A stretch of DNA of 64,000 nucleotides from positions 1-64,000 of the forward strand of contig JBFWRP010000017.1 of assembly GCA_050248855.1 (NCBI GenBank). The letters are read 5' to 3'. A program made the position numbers and the translations under genes. The DNA is from Planctomycetota bacterium (GTDB taxonomy: Bacteria > Planctomycetota > PLA2 > JAEUHO01). This document shows, piece by piece, positions 31,856 to 42,331 of the stretch. Every line of letters starts with the position of its first letter. Position 1 is the stretch's first letter. Under the pieces are notes generated by a model that did not search any database, was not told the DNA's origin, and was given only the letters and a program-made list of their open reading frames with translations.

Positions 31856-34800
31856 GGATCCGCCTCCTGGGGGCCGTCCTGCTCGCGGCGGGCGCCGTGG
31901 CCGGTGCGCGTGCGTTCGAGCGACGTCCGCGACTGGCCCCACGCCTCGGCGAGGCGCTGCGCAGCGCGGCCCTCGAGAAGCGCTTCGGCCCCGACGTGAG
32001 CGTCGGCTCGCTCGTGGTCGAGCCGCGCGGCGTCGTCACGCTGGAGGACGTGCGCGTGCCCCGCCTGGGCGCGCTCGAAGCGGGCGCCACGCTCGACGTG
32101 GCGCTCGCGGAGGGCCTTGAGCTGGGGCGGGTCGTCCTCCAGCTGGACGCGCTGGAGCTCCTGGCCGGGCGCATCGTCACGCGACGCATCGACGTGACGG
32201 GGGGGCGCTTCCCCCTGCGCGAGGACGACGGCAGCGTATCGCCCGACTTCCGCGTCGTGCCCCCGGACCCCGACGACGACCCCACGCCCGTGCCCGTGGT
32301 GCAGGTGCGCGGCGCCCGCGTGGAGCTGCGCCGCGGGGGACCCGCCTCGCACCTGGCTGCAGGTGCGCTGTTCGAGGCGTCGGTCGACTGGCTCGACGTG
32401 ACGCCGCGTACGTCGGACCGCCACCTGATCGTGACGGGGCGGTTGGAGCCGATCCTGGCCGATGCGCCCGACGCGGCCATCTACCTCGAAGGCGACGTGG
32501 ACCCCGATACGGGGGGCTTCACGGCGACGGCCCGCTGGGACCCGCTGCGCCTGACCCCGTCGCTGCTGGCCCTGCTCGAGCCCGAGACCGCCAAGCCGCT
32601 GCGCCAGGAATCCATCCAGGAGGGCAGCCTCGTATTGACGCTCGAGCGCGGCGATGCCAAGGACGACCCCGTCCGCGTGCGGGCCGCGTGGACCGGAGCG
32701 GTCGACGTGTCCGCGGAGGACTTGCCCGGCACCGTCTACTTCGACGCGCGCTCGCGCCAGCAGCTGGCCGACCTGTTCGGCCGCGGCGTGCTCAAGATCG
32801 ACGTCGAGGGCGGGCGCGTCGGCATCGACCGCCTCTTCAGCGAGCTGGGCGGGGGCGAGGTCTCGGCGACGGGCTGGCTCGAGCACGAGACCGGCGCCCT
32901 GGAGCTTGACTTCCACATCCGCCGCTTGGCGTTGGACGACCCCGCGGTCCGCGAGGCGCTCGGCGAGGAAGGCCGTGCGCTCTACGACCAGTTCGCCCCG
33001 CGCGGCTACGTGGACGCCGCCGGTCGCGTCACGCGAGCACCAGGCGGCGAGGTCGACTGGTACGTGGACGTGCTGCTGGAGGCGGCGTCGTTCCAGTTCT
33101 TCGGCGAGGAGGAGCCCGGTGGCATCCGCGACGGCTTCCCCTACCCCATCCACGACGCCACGGGGCGCGTACGCATCACGCCGCGAGGTGTCTTCTTCGG
33201 CGAGATCATCGGCTTCAACCGCGGCACGGAGGTGCGCATCCTCGGCCACGGGGACCGCACGTGGACGGACGGACCGGACGGGACGGAGACGGGGCGCGTG
33301 CTGTTCGGCGCGGGCGGTCCCGACGTGCGGCTCACGATCGTCGTCGAGAACATGTCGATGGACGAACAGGTCGGGCAGGCCATCGCGGGCAGCACGTTTG
33401 CCGACCTCATGGAGGACTTCGACCTGACCGGCGTGCTCGACCGCGTCGAGCTGGACATCCTCGCCTACCCCGGCATCGACACGTCGGCCAAGACCGAGCT
33501 GCGGCTGACGCTCGAGGGCGAGCAGTTCCGCTACCGTCCCTTCCCACTGCCGCTCGAGGACGTACGCGGCCAGGTCCTGATGCGCCGACCCCTGCAGGAC
33601 GATGGCTCGCGCGGCCGGACCTACGCGTTCGACGTCGAAGGCTGGGCCGATGGCGCCCGTGTGTCCGCGTCCGCGACCATCGACGACGTCGCGCGAACGG
33701 GGCGGTTGCACATTCGCGCGCAGGACATCGCGCTGGAGGGCCGCATCGGCGAAGTCGTGGTGGCCAGCGAGCTGACCGGCGACGAGCTGGGACCGGTCTG
33801 GCGCTGGCTGGCGCCGCAGGGACGGGCCGACCTCGTCGCCGACCTGCCGCTCTCCCACGACCCCGGCCCCGCGCGCTTCGTGGCCACGCTGAAGGGGGCG
33901 CGCCTCGCGCTGGATGCCGCGGAGAGCCCGGCGCCCATCGTGCTGGAGGGTGTGGAGGGCCAGCTCGAGGTCGACGCAGGACACGTCACGTTCGAGGGTT
34001 TGCGCGGAACGCTCGCGGGTCGCCCCGTCACCGTGTCCGGCACGATGGAAGGCGGGCCGCGTGGAACATGGAGCATCCGCGCGCGTGCGCCGGAGGTGGT
34101 CGTCGACGACCGCCTGCTCCTTGGTGTGCGCGACTTGATGGATGGCGAGAGCTTGCTGCCCGGGGAGCTCGAGCTGGCGCCCGGGACGCGGCTTGCGCTC
34201 GACCTCGACCTGGACCGCCGAGACGGCGGACCGCTCGTGGCGAGCGCGGAGGTGCGCGACATCCACGGCCAGGTCGTGTTGCCGGACGGCACGCGGGCCG
34301 ACGTGCGTGCCAAGCGTGTCACGGTGCGGCCGGAGGGCATCACCAGCGAAGACATGAGCGTGCGACGGGACGGCCTGTCCATCGACGTGAGCGACGTGAA
34401 GGCGTCGACGCGCGCAGGCCAGGACATGGAGATCGAGGGGCGCTTCACGTTGCACCTGGAACGCCACCGCCCCGCCGCCGACGAGCTGGCCTTGCTGCCC
34501 GAGGGCGTTCGCACCTTCCTCGCGGACTGGGCCGGCGATCGCCGTCTCTCCAGCCAGGGGCTGCTCGTGGAACCGCGCGCCGAGGGCGGTGTGCGTCTGG
34601 AGGGGGCGCTCGAGTTCCATCCGCCCCCGGGGCCCGCGACGAGCGGACCCGTCGGCCGCCTCGTGCTGGCGCCCCTCGTCGTGGACGCTCCCGAGATCGG
34701 GCCCACGACGCTCTCCGGTCTCGTGCGCTTCGAGGACTTCACCCCCGATGCCCTCGGCCCCGTCACGAGCTTGGTGGGGCCCGTGCACGTGGAGGCGTTC

Positions 34801-35547
34801 GAGCTGGGCGAAGACGGTCGCGGGCAGGGGCGCCTCGAGGGCCTCGCGCTGCGCATCGGCGGACTGCCCGTATCCGACTTGCAGGCCAGCGTGTTCGTCC
34901 GCGATCGCGTGCTGGTCACGGACGATCTCGCGGCGACGGTGGCGGGGGGGCGCCTCGCGGCGCGTTGGCGCCTGCACCTCGGCCGGCCCGCGGCGCACGA
35001 GGGCCGTGCGGAGCTCTCCGACGGGGACCTCGGCGAGCTCTTGCGCGCCCTCGGCGTGGACGACGTGCGCTACCGCGGACGGCTGAACCTGGTCGTCGAG
35101 TGGGCCACCCCCACCGGGCGCATGGACGACCTCGTGGCGGTCGGCGCGCTGCGCGTGCGCGACGGCTGGCTGGGCGAGATGCCCTCCGTGCGCTCGTGGT
35201 CGTCGTTGCTCGGCAGCCTGGGCAGCGACACGCCGGGGGAGCCGTTCCGCGAGGGCTACGCGTCGTTCCGCATCGCCGAGCGCCGCGTCGTGCTGCCCGA
35301 CGTGCGCTTGGCGGGGCGTGGCCTGCTCCTGCCCGGGCGGGGCATGCTCACGCTCGACGGGTTCGTGGACCTGGTGTTCACCGCCGACGTGCTGAAGAAC
35401 CTCCTGCTGCCCGGCTCGATGGAGGTAGCGGGCCTCGGGGACGCACTGCGGCGCCTGTTCCCCGAGTCGGGGCTCTACCACGTACGCCTACGCGGCAAGC
35501 TCGGCGAAGCCGAGCCCGAGGTCGTCAGCGTCTTCGGCGGCCGCTGA
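31852..35547 (+). CDS. Large AsmA-like (TamB/YhdP-like) envelope protein
   Basis: About 1230 aa; N-terminal anchor, repeated beta-rich segments, AsmA-like C-terminus (G.G.LTLDG.VDL...Y.VRLRG.L.EP). Confidence 0.7.
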   Translation: MRIRLLGAVLLAAGAVAGARAFERRPRLAPRLGEALRSAALEKRFGPDVSVGSLVVEPRGVVTLEDVRVPRLGALEAGATLDVALAEGLELGRVVLQLDALELLAGRIVTRRIDVTGGRFPLREDDGSVSPDFRVVPPDPDDDPTPVPVVQVRGARVELRRGGPASHLAAGALFEASVDWLDVTPRTSDRHLIVTGRLEPILADAPDAAIYLEGDVDPDTGGFTATARWDPLRLTPSLLALLEPETAKPLRQESIQEGSLVLTLERGDAKDDPVRVRAAWTGAVDVSAEDLPGTVYFDARSRQQLADLFGRGVLKIDVEGGRVGIDRLFSELGGGEVSATGWLEHETGALELDFHIRRLALDDPAVREALGEEGRALYDQFAPRGYVDAAGRVTRAPGGEVDWYVDVLLEAASFQFFGEEEPGGIRDGFPYPIHDATGRVRITPRGVFFGEIIGFNRGTEVRILGHGDRTWTDGPDGTETGRVLFGAGGPDVRLTIVVENMSMDEQVGQAIAGSTFADLMEDFDLTGVLDRVELDILAYPGIDTSAKTELRLTLEGEQFRYRPFPLPLEDVRGQVLMRRPLQDDGSRGRTYAFDVEGWADGARVSASATIDDVARTGRLHIRAQDIALEGRIGEVVVASELTGDELGPVWRWLAPQGRADLVADLPLSHDPGPARFVATLKGARLALDAAESPAPIVLEGVEGQLEVDAGHVTFEGLRGTLAGRPVTVSGTMEGGPRGTWSIRARAPEVVVDDRLLLGVRDLMDGESLLPGELELAPGTRLALDLDLDRRDGGPLVASAEVRDIHGQVVLPDGTRADVRAKRVTVRPEGITSEDMSVRRDGLSIDVSDVKASTRAGQDMEIEGRFTLHLERHRPAADELALLPEGVRTFLADWAGDRRLSSQGLLVEPRAEGGVRLEGALEFHPPPGPATSGPVGRLVLAPLVVDAPEIGPTTLSGLVRFEDFTPDALGPVTSLVGPVHVEAFELGEDGRGQGRLEGLALRIGGLPVSDLQASVFVRDRVLVTDDLAATVAGGRLAARWRLHLGRPAAHEGRAELSDGDLGELLRALGVDDVRYRGRLNLVVEWATPTGRMDDLVAVGALRVRDGWLGEMPSVRSWSSLLGSLGSDTPGEPFREGYASFRIAERRVVLPDVRLAGRGLLLPGRGMLTLDGFVDLVFTADVLKNLLLPGSMEVAGLGDALRRLFPESGLYHVRLRGKLGEAEPEVVSVFGGR

Positions 35548-35561
35548 CAGGGCTGCAGGCG

Positions 35562-35966
35562 TCACTCCGCGTCGGCGGAGGTCATCTCACGGCGGAACGC
35601 GGCCACGGCGGCGCCGACGGCCGCCAGGCAGCGGCGGAACACGGGGCGGAACCCCTCGGGCGGCGAGACGAACATCTCGACGGAGGCCCAGGTGTCCTCG
35701 CGCACGGGGAACACCTTGGCGACCTTCGTGTCGGCCGTGGCCTTGAGTGCCGCGCGCTCCACGCGCTCGCGCTCGTCGTCGCTCTCGATGGACCAGAAGT
35801 TGGGGAACACGAGGCGGAAGAACTCGGGGTCGCGCTCGTCGATCTGCAGGAACCAGGTGCCGCCCTCGTACTTGAAGACGACGTCGCCGTCTTTGTCGAT
35901 CTGCGGGGCATAGCCCTCCTCCACGAGGTGGAGGAAGTAGAGGTCTGCCTGTTCCTCTTTGGTCAC
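35562..35966 (-). CDS. YbjN-like domain protein
   Basis: EEGYAPQIDKDGDVVFKYEG...FFRLVFPNFW...TKVAKV. Confidence 0.7.
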   Translation of the reverse strand: MTKEEQADLYFLHLVEEGYAPQIDKDGDVVFKYEGGTWFLQIDERDPEFFRLVFPNFWSIESDDERERVERAALKATADTKVAKVFPVREDTWASVEMFVSPPEGFRPVFRRCLAAVGAAVAAFRREMTSADAE

Positions 35967-36475
35967 CGGAGGGCCTCCTGGCGCACGGAGCCCGGCCCGG
36001 GCGCGTCGGCAGAGCGTAACCCCTCGCCGTCGCCTTGGATCCCGGGGGGGAGGTCCAGCAGCTTGTGCCGGTCGCGCGGTGTCGGGAGCGCACACGCATC
36101 GGCAGGGAACCAGCGGTGACGCCGCGCGGCCACGGCGTCGTAGACGGCGTCGCGCCAGCGGCGCGGCACCGCCTCCAACATCCGCACGAGCCGCCAGGCG
36201 CCACCGAGCGCCGCCAACGCGGCCAGCGCCGCCGACGAGCGGACGAGCAAGCGCTCGCCCGGCTGGCCGTGGTCGAGGACGGTGCGCAGCGAGTCCGCGC
36301 CGACGTCGGCGGTCGGGTGGCGCGCGAGGACGGCCTGCCCCACGGGCCCCTCCAGGGCCGCGAAGCGCAGCGCGTCACGCCGGTCCCGAGCCAGCAGGAA
36401 GCGCACGGAGCGCTGGCACAGTCCGCAAGCGCCGTCGTACAGGACGAGCACGGGCGGCGTCCGGCGGCGGGCCAT
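35963..36475 (-). CDS. DCC1-like thiol-disulfide oxidoreductase (DUF393)
   Basis: LYDGACGLC...RFAAL...RDAVYDAVAARRHRWF. Confidence 0.88.
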   Translation of the reverse strand: MARRRTPPVLVLYDGACGLCQRSVRFLLARDRRDALRFAALEGPVGQAVLARHPTADVGADSLRTVLDHGQPGERLLVRSSAALAALAALGGAWRLVRMLEAVPRRWRDAVYDAVAARRHRWFPADACALPTPRDRHKLLDLPPGIQGDGEGLRSADAPGPGSVRQEALR

Positions 36476-36549
36476 GCCTCCAGTCGATCACGAGCGGCGA
36501 GCCGGGTCGAAACCTGACCGCCACGGCGCGTCGGGTACAGAATCCGCCC

Positions 36550-37644
36550 ATGGCCCACGCCTTGCCCCCGCCGCTCGTCGCCGTGCTCGCCGGGGGGTCG
36601 GGTACGCGCTTCTGGCCCGCGGGGCGCACCGCGCGGCCCAAGCAGTGCCTCGCGCTGGACGGCGACGACCCCCGGCCCCTGCTGGCCCTCACGCTGGAGC
36701 GCGTGCGCCCGCTCCTCGGCGCCGGCGAGGCAACCTGCATCGTGGCGCCGCCCGGGCTGCGCCGCGTGCTTGCCGCCGCGGCCCCCGACCATCCGGCGTC
36801 GGCGTGGCTGGCGGAGCCCGCTCCGCGCAACACGGCGGCGGCGGTCGCACTCGTGGCGTTCACGGCCGCGGCCCGCGACCCGCGCACGCCCGTGCTCGTG
36901 TTGCCTGCGGACCAGCACGTGGCGCCCGTGGCCCTGTACCGCCGCGCGCTGAAGGCGATGATCACGCGCGCGCGGCGGAGCGAGGCGATCCTGACGCTCG
37001 GGCTGGTGCCCACGCGCCCCGCGACGGGCTACGGGTACTTGCGTCGCGGAGAAGAGCTGGCCGCTCCGAAGGGCTTGGCGCTCCACGTCGTGGAGCGCTT
37101 CGTCGAGAAGCCGGACGCGGCCAAGGCCGTGCGCCTCGTACGCGACGGCAACCACCTGTGGAACGGTGGCACGTTCGCGTTTCGCGCCGAGGTGTTCCTC
37201 GACGCGCTGGCGCGCCACTTGCCTACGGTCCACGAGCCGCTCGCGGCCGCCTTCGGGCGCGGCGTCCCCTCCGCGCGCCGCCTCGCGGGCGCCTGGGAGC
37301 AGCTGCCCTCGATCTCCGTGGACTACGGCGTCATGGAGCGCGCCGAGCGGGTCGAGGTCGTGTCGGCCCCGCTGACATGGGACGACCTGGGCTCGTGGGA
37401 CGCGGTGGCCCGCGGTCGCCGGGCCGACGCCGACGGCAACTGCCTCCGCGGCGACGTCGTGGCCGTGGACGCCAAGGGCTGCGTGGTCGATGCCGAAGGC
37501 GGCACCGTGGCGCTGCTCGGGGTCGAGGACCTGATCGTGGTGCGAACGGGAGACGCCGTGCTCGTGGCGCGCCGCGGCCGCGGTGAGGACGTTCGCGAGA
37601 TCGTGGCCCGTCTCAAGGCGAACGCCCGGAGCGACCTCCTGTGA
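36550..37644 (+). CDS. manC: Mannose-1-phosphate guanylyltransferase
   Basis: LAGGSGTRFWP, PKQ, EP.PRNTA, PADQH, TGYGY, FVEKP, SVDYGVME, WDDLGSW. Confidence 0.93.
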   Translation: MAHALPPPLVAVLAGGSGTRFWPAGRTARPKQCLALDGDDPRPLLALTLERVRPLLGAGEATCIVAPPGLRRVLAAAAPDHPASAWLAEPAPRNTAAAVALVAFTAAARDPRTPVLVLPADQHVAPVALYRRALKAMITRARRSEAILTLGLVPTRPATGYGYLRRGEELAAPKGLALHVVERFVEKPDAAKAVRLVRDGNHLWNGGTFAFRAEVFLDALARHLPTVHEPLAAAFGRGVPSARRLAGAWEQLPSISVDYGVMERAERVEVVSAPLTWDDLGSWDAVARGRRADADGNCLRGDVVAVDAKGCVVDAEGGTVALLGVEDLIVVRTGDAVLVARRGRGEDVREIVARLKANARSDLL

Positions 37645-37654
37645 AGGGCATCGC

Positions 37655-38113
37655 GTGAGCGGCGGCGCGTCGCTGCGCCGGGTGGTCGCCGTCGACTACG
37701 GGCGCCGACGGATCGGCATCGCCACCTGCGACCCGCTGGGCATCACCGTGCGCGGTGTGGCCACGGTCTGGCGCGAGGCCGCCGCCCCCGACGGGGCCCT
37801 GGTCGCGGTGGCCCGGCACCTGGCCGATCTGGGCGCCCAGGTCGTCCTCGTGGGCCTGCCGCTGCACGAGGACGGCTCCGAGTCGGAGATGAGCCAGGAG
37901 GCCCGGGCCTTCGCCGCCGACCTGGCGGCGCGCGGGCCCTGGGGCGTCGAGCTGGTCCACGAGGGGCTCACCTCCTGGGAGGCCGAGGCCCGGCTCAAGG
38001 AGCGGGGGGTGCCGCTCGAGGCCGCCCGCAAGGACGGTCGGATCGACCAGGAGGCCGCCGCGGTCCTGCTCCGGGCCTGGCTCGACGAGCGGGGCGGGCG
38101 GACGGGGGCCTGA
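37655..38113 (+). CDS. ruvX: RuvX/YqgF family nuclease
   Basis: AVDYGRRRIGIA.CD, VGLP, EGLTS.EAE, ID.EAA.VLL..WL. Confidence 0.9.
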   Translation: MSGGASLRRVVAVDYGRRRIGIATCDPLGITVRGVATVWREAAAPDGALVAVARHLADLGAQVVLVGLPLHEDGSESEMSQEARAFAADLAARGPWGVELVHEGLTSWEAEARLKERGVPLEAARKDGRIDQEAAAVLLRAWLDERGGRTGA

Positions 38114-38292
38114 CGGGGCGGCATTTCCGGGGCTCGGGCCCCGCGCCCCGCTACCTTCTCCCGCCATACCCAAGAACGAAACCAACCTTTCGAAACACAC
38201 GGACCCCATGACCCCGGCCCGGACCGCCCCCTCGCCCCATCGGCGACGGAGACATGGCGGAGGCTGGACCGGTGGTGGCGAGGAGTCTGACC

Positions 38293-38562
38293 ATGGCCGT
38301 CAAGAACCCCGAAAAGGGTGACATCATCGCCGAGCACGCGCGCAAGGATGGCGACACGGGCAGCACGCCCGTGCAGATCGCCATCCTCTCGCAGCGCATT
38401 CGGCATCTCACCGAGCATCTGCGCACCTACTCCAAGGACCACGCCACGCGGCGGGGTCTGCTGCGCCTCGTCGGACGACGGGCATCGCTGATGCGCTACT
38501 ACGCCCGGACCGAGCCGGCGGCCTATCAGGAACTCGTCAGCAAGCTGGGGATCCGCGGCTAG
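38293..38562 (+). CDS. rpsO: 30S ribosomal protein S15
   Basis: DTGSTPVQIAIL..RI..LTEHL...KDH..RRGLL.LV; AGGAG RBS. Confidence 0.97.
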   Translation: MAVKNPEKGDIIAEHARKDGDTGSTPVQIAILSQRIRHLTEHLRTYSKDHATRRGLLRLVGRRASLMRYYARTEPAAYQELVSKLGIRG

Positions 38563-38571
38563 GAGTCCCTT

Positions 38572-40836
38572 TTGTCCATTCACGAAGTGTCGGTCCAGAT
38601 CGGGAACAAGACCCTCTGGATCGAAACGGGCCGCATGGCGCGGCTTGCGGCCGGCGCTGTCGTCGTCCGCCTCGGCGAGACCATGGTGTTGTCCGCCGCG
38701 TCGTCGTCCCCCGCACGGGCGGGCCTCGACTTCTTCCCTCTCACGGTGGACTACCGCGAGAAGACCTACGCCGCCGGGAAGATCCCGGGCGGCTTCCTCA
38801 AGCGTGAGGCCGCTCCGAGCCCCAAGGAGATCCTCACGATGCGGATGGCCGACCGGCCGATCCGCCCGCTGTGGCCCAAGGGCTACCGGGAGGACACGCA
38901 GATCCAGTCGTTCGTCATCTCGTACGACCAGCTGAACGACCCGGACGTGCTGTCGATCAACGGCTCGGGTGCCGCGCTCGCGCTCGCTCCCGTTCCGTTC
39001 CTCGGCCCCATCGGCGCCGTGCGCGTGGGTCGCGTCGACGGCCAGTTCATCGCCATGCCGGACAACGTCGAGCTCGCCGAGAGCGAGATGAACATGGTCG
39101 TGGCCGGCACCGCCGAGGCCGTGACCATGGTCGAGGCCGGCATGAACGAGGTCTCCGAGGAGGTCGCCATCGACGCGATCGCCTTCGGCCACGCGCAGAT
39201 CAAGAAGATCTGTGCCGCCGTCGAGGAGCTGCGGGAGAAGGCCGGCTGGAAGCCGGTGTCCTGGACGGCGCCCGAGGAGCCCAAGGGCGCCATCGATGCG
39301 ACCGCCAAGGGCTGGCTCGAGCCCATGCGCAAGGCGCTGCACATCCCCGAGAAGCTGGCCCGCACCGCGGCCAAGAAGAAGGTCGTGGCGGAGATCCGCG
39401 AGGCCCTCGTCCAGACCGAAGACGGCCAGTCGGGCCGTTTCCCGGCGTCGGAGATCGAGGCCGCCGTCGACAAGCTCGAGAAGCGCGTCATCCGCGAAGC
39501 CGTGTTGAACGGCAAGCGGGTCGACGGCCGCGCGCCCGACGAGATCCGCCCGATCACCGTCGAGGTGGGCCTGCTGCCGCGCGCCCACGGCTCCGCGCTG
39601 TTCACGCGCGGCGAGACCCAGGCCCTGGTCACCTCGACCCTGGGCACGGGCTTGGACGAGAAGCTCGAGGACGGTCTCCACAAGCACTCGTACACGCGCA
39701 AGTACTACCTCCACTACAACTTCCCCCCGCTCTGCGTCGGCGAGACGCGCCCCATCCGCGGGCCGTCGCGTCGTGAGATCGGCCACGGAGCGCTGGCGGA
39801 GCGCAGCCTCCTGCCCGTGCTGCCCGAGATGGGCGATTTCCCGTTCACCATCCGCGTCGTCAGCGACGTGCTCATGTCCAACGGCTCGTCGTCGATGGCC
39901 AGCGTCTGCGGGACGACGCTGTCCATGATGGACGCGGGCATCCAGATCAAGCGTCCCGTCGCGGGCATCGCGATGGGCTTGGTCGAAGAGGGCGACCGCA
40001 CGGTCGTGCTCAGCGACATCCTCGGTGACGAGGACCACGCCGGCGACATGGACTTCAAGGTGGCCGGTACGCAGCGCGGCATCACCGCCCTGCAGATGGA
40101 CATCAAGAGCACGGGCGTGTCCAAGGAGACGCTCACGACGGCGCTCGACCAGGCGCGTCACGGCCGCATCCACATCCTGAAGGAGATGCTGAAGGCGATC
40201 AGCCGTCCGCGTCCCGAGTACAACCGCCACGCCCCGCGCGTGGAGATCGTGCGCATCAAGCCCGACAAGATCGGCATGCTGATCGGCCCGGGCGGCAAGA
40301 ACATCCGCCGCATCCAGGAAGAGACCGGAACGACCATCCAGGTCGAAGACGACGGTCTCGTGAAGATCTACGCCACCGAGGCGGAGAGCGGCCAGGCCGC
40401 CCGTCGCCAAGTGGAGGCCGTGGCCGAAGAGGCCACGCTGGGCCGGATCTACGACGGCAAGGTGACCAGCGTGAAGGACTTCGGCGCCTTCTTCGAGATC
40501 ATCCCCGGCGTGGAAGGCCTGGTGCACGTCAGCGAGCTGGCCGCGGGCTACGTGGACCGCGTCGACTCGGTCGTCGCGCCCGGCGAGATCCACCCGGTCA
40601 AGGTGATCCTGATCGACGAGTCCGGCCGCGTGAAGCTGTCCCGCAAGCAGGCGCTGGCCGAGCTCGGCCAGGAAGACCCGCGCGCCCCCACCGGCGTCGC
40701 GCCGCAGGGCGGCGAGGGCCGTCCGCCGCGCGACTACGGCGACCGCGGCGAGCGCGGCGGTGACCGAGGTGGTCGCGGTGGTGACCGCGGCGGCCGAGGT
40801 GGCCGTGGCGATCGCGGCCCGCGCCGTCGCGACTGA
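38572..40836 (+). CDS. pnp: Polyribonucleotide nucleotidyltransferase
   Basis: DFFPLTVDY, RAHGSALFTRGETQ, SNGSSSMASVC, GDMDFKVAG, KH and S1 domains. Confidence 0.98.
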   Translation: MSIHEVSVQIGNKTLWIETGRMARLAAGAVVVRLGETMVLSAASSSPARAGLDFFPLTVDYREKTYAAGKIPGGFLKREAAPSPKEILTMRMADRPIRPLWPKGYREDTQIQSFVISYDQLNDPDVLSINGSGAALALAPVPFLGPIGAVRVGRVDGQFIAMPDNVELAESEMNMVVAGTAEAVTMVEAGMNEVSEEVAIDAIAFGHAQIKKICAAVEELREKAGWKPVSWTAPEEPKGAIDATAKGWLEPMRKALHIPEKLARTAAKKKVVAEIREALVQTEDGQSGRFPASEIEAAVDKLEKRVIREAVLNGKRVDGRAPDEIRPITVEVGLLPRAHGSALFTRGETQALVTSTLGTGLDEKLEDGLHKHSYTRKYYLHYNFPPLCVGETRPIRGPSRREIGHGALAERSLLPVLPEMGDFPFTIRVVSDVLMSNGSSSMASVCGTTLSMMDAGIQIKRPVAGIAMGLVEEGDRTVVLSDILGDEDHAGDMDFKVAGTQRGITALQMDIKSTGVSKETLTTALDQARHGRIHILKEMLKAISRPRPEYNRHAPRVEIVRIKPDKIGMLIGPGGKNIRRIQEETGTTIQVEDDGLVKIYATEAESGQAARRQVEAVAEEATLGRIYDGKVTSVKDFGAFFEIIPGVEGLVHVSELAAGYVDRVDSVVAPGEIHPVKVILIDESGRVKLSRKQALAELGQEDPRAPTGVAPQGGEGRPPRDYGDRGERGGDRGGRGGDRGGRGGRGDRGPRRRD

Positions 40837-40854
40837 CGACGGCGGGACCTAAGA

Positions 40855-40881
40855 CCCCCTGGGCGAGCTCTGCCCAGGGGG
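40855..40881 (+). terminator. Hairpin after pnp (no U-tract)
   Basis: ccccctgggc/gcccaggggg 10-bp stem. Confidence 0.45.
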
Positions 40882-40946
40882 CCTCCCGCACCCTCGCGGG
40901 GCCGCTATCCTGCACCAGCTCTTTCGGGGAGCTGGGAGCTCGGAAC

Positions 40947-42320
40947 ATGGGGATTGCCTCTTGGCCCGCGCCGCGGAGCGGCCTTCGCGCGGGAGCCTTG
41001 TCCATCGCGGCCTTGTGGATGTGCGCCTCCCTGGTCGGCATGCGACCTGCCACGGCCGACCCCGATGGCAAGGGGGAAGTGCACAAGATGGTCGACTTGT
41101 TCCTCGAGGGGGAGCAGGTCGCCGAGGCTGCCAAGCTCATGGCCTTCGACGGCGCGGCGGAGGAGCTCCGCCGCAAGCCCAAGGACATGTTGAACCTGGC
41201 CAAGGTGGTCAATCGCCACGCGGAGCGCTGGCGCCAGCGGCGCCTTCGCTACGACGGATCCCTCGAGCTCTGCGAGCGCATCGTCCAGCTGGCAACGATC
41301 GTCCGCGATGCCAACGCGAACGATGCCACGGGTCATCTGGCCCACGCAGAGGCCTTGTTCGCACTGGGTCACGAGCGCATCAACCGTCACGTCGACGGGT
41401 CGTTCGACGACCACTTCGGCACGGCCATCGCCTCGCTGCGCGCGGCGATCGAGAAGGATCCCGGCAATGCGATGGCGCACCACCTGCGCCTCGTGGCCCT
41501 CTACCGCGCAGAGGGCTCCTCGCCAGGCGGCAAGACCGCGGACATGCTGGCGCTCGCCGCGAGCGAGCTGGAGGCCGCCCGCAAGCTGGCCCCGCAAGAC
41601 GTGGCCCTGCAGCGCGAAGCCGGGTTCTTGGCGTGTCTGCGCGTTCGGCACCTCCTGGACACGAAACAGGGCGGGCCGGCGAAGGAGGCTTTCCAGGAGG
41701 CGATGGCCCTGGTGCAGCCTGCCGACGGGAAGCGGCCGGACGAGACGATGGCGGGCATCTACAACGAGCTGCTCGACATCGGTTTCAAACACAAGATCGC
41801 GCCGAAGAAGGCGGAGTACATCCACGAAGACACGAACCGCGGCACGTTCCGGATCAAGATCCCGATCGGCAGCGGTTGGTCCACGAACGACGCCATGCCC
41901 CTGTTGGGAGCGGGTGAGACGCGGATCCTCCTGGAGTGGTCGCCCGCTACCGGCTCACCGTGCGGCCTGGAGCTTGCCGCCTTCTCGTGGAACACGCTGT
42001 ACGGCAGCGTCGGCGGCGACGCGGCCAAGGGGATCTTCGACATGTTGCAGACTGCAACGTCGGGTCGCCTCAAGAACGTCAAGGCCAAGTCGGCCGGGCG
42101 CAGCCCGCTGCCTCGCTGGGCCTCCAAGCACGACAGCGTGCGCCTCGAGGCCAACGGCTCGGGCGGTGAGCCGCTCACCCTCTGGATCTACGTCTGGAAG
42201 AGCAAGGAGCACATGCTGACGTACGGGCTCCTGGTCCGCGTCGACGGCGAGCACACCAAGGATCTCCCCGAGCAGATGCAGTTCGTGCTCGGCTCGCTGG
42301 AAGAGCCGAGCGGCAAGTAG
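40947..42320 (+). CDS. Secreted hypothetical protein with TPR-like region
   Basis: Signal-like N-terminus, helical repeats (AIEKDPGNAMAH, ARKLAPQD), GC3-biased codons. Confidence 0.65.
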   Translation: MGIASWPAPRSGLRAGALSIAALWMCASLVGMRPATADPDGKGEVHKMVDLFLEGEQVAEAAKLMAFDGAAEELRRKPKDMLNLAKVVNRHAERWRQRRLRYDGSLELCERIVQLATIVRDANANDATGHLAHAEALFALGHERINRHVDGSFDDHFGTAIASLRAAIEKDPGNAMAHHLRLVALYRAEGSSPGGKTADMLALAASELEAARKLAPQDVALQREAGFLACLRVRHLLDTKQGGPAKEAFQEAMALVQPADGKRPDETMAGIYNELLDIGFKHKIAPKKAEYIHEDTNRGTFRIKIPIGSGWSTNDAMPLLGAGETRILLEWSPATGSPCGLELAAFSWNTLYGSVGGDAAKGIFDMLQTATSGRLKNVKAKSAGRSPLPRWASKHDSVRLEANGSGGEPLTLWIYVWKSKEHMLTYGLLVRVDGEHTKDLPEQMQFVLGSLEEPSGK

Positions 42321-42331
42321 CCACGCTCCCG

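Noticed and set aside
37696..40593. Long antisense ORFs (e.g. 965 aa opposite pnp, 873 aa opposite ftsH, 1227 aa opposite the AsmA-like gene)
   Set aside because: Shadow ORFs typical of high-GC coding DNA.
40730..40833. GDR/RGG repeats at the PNPase C-terminus
   Set aside because: Low-complexity RG-rich tails are common on PNPase.
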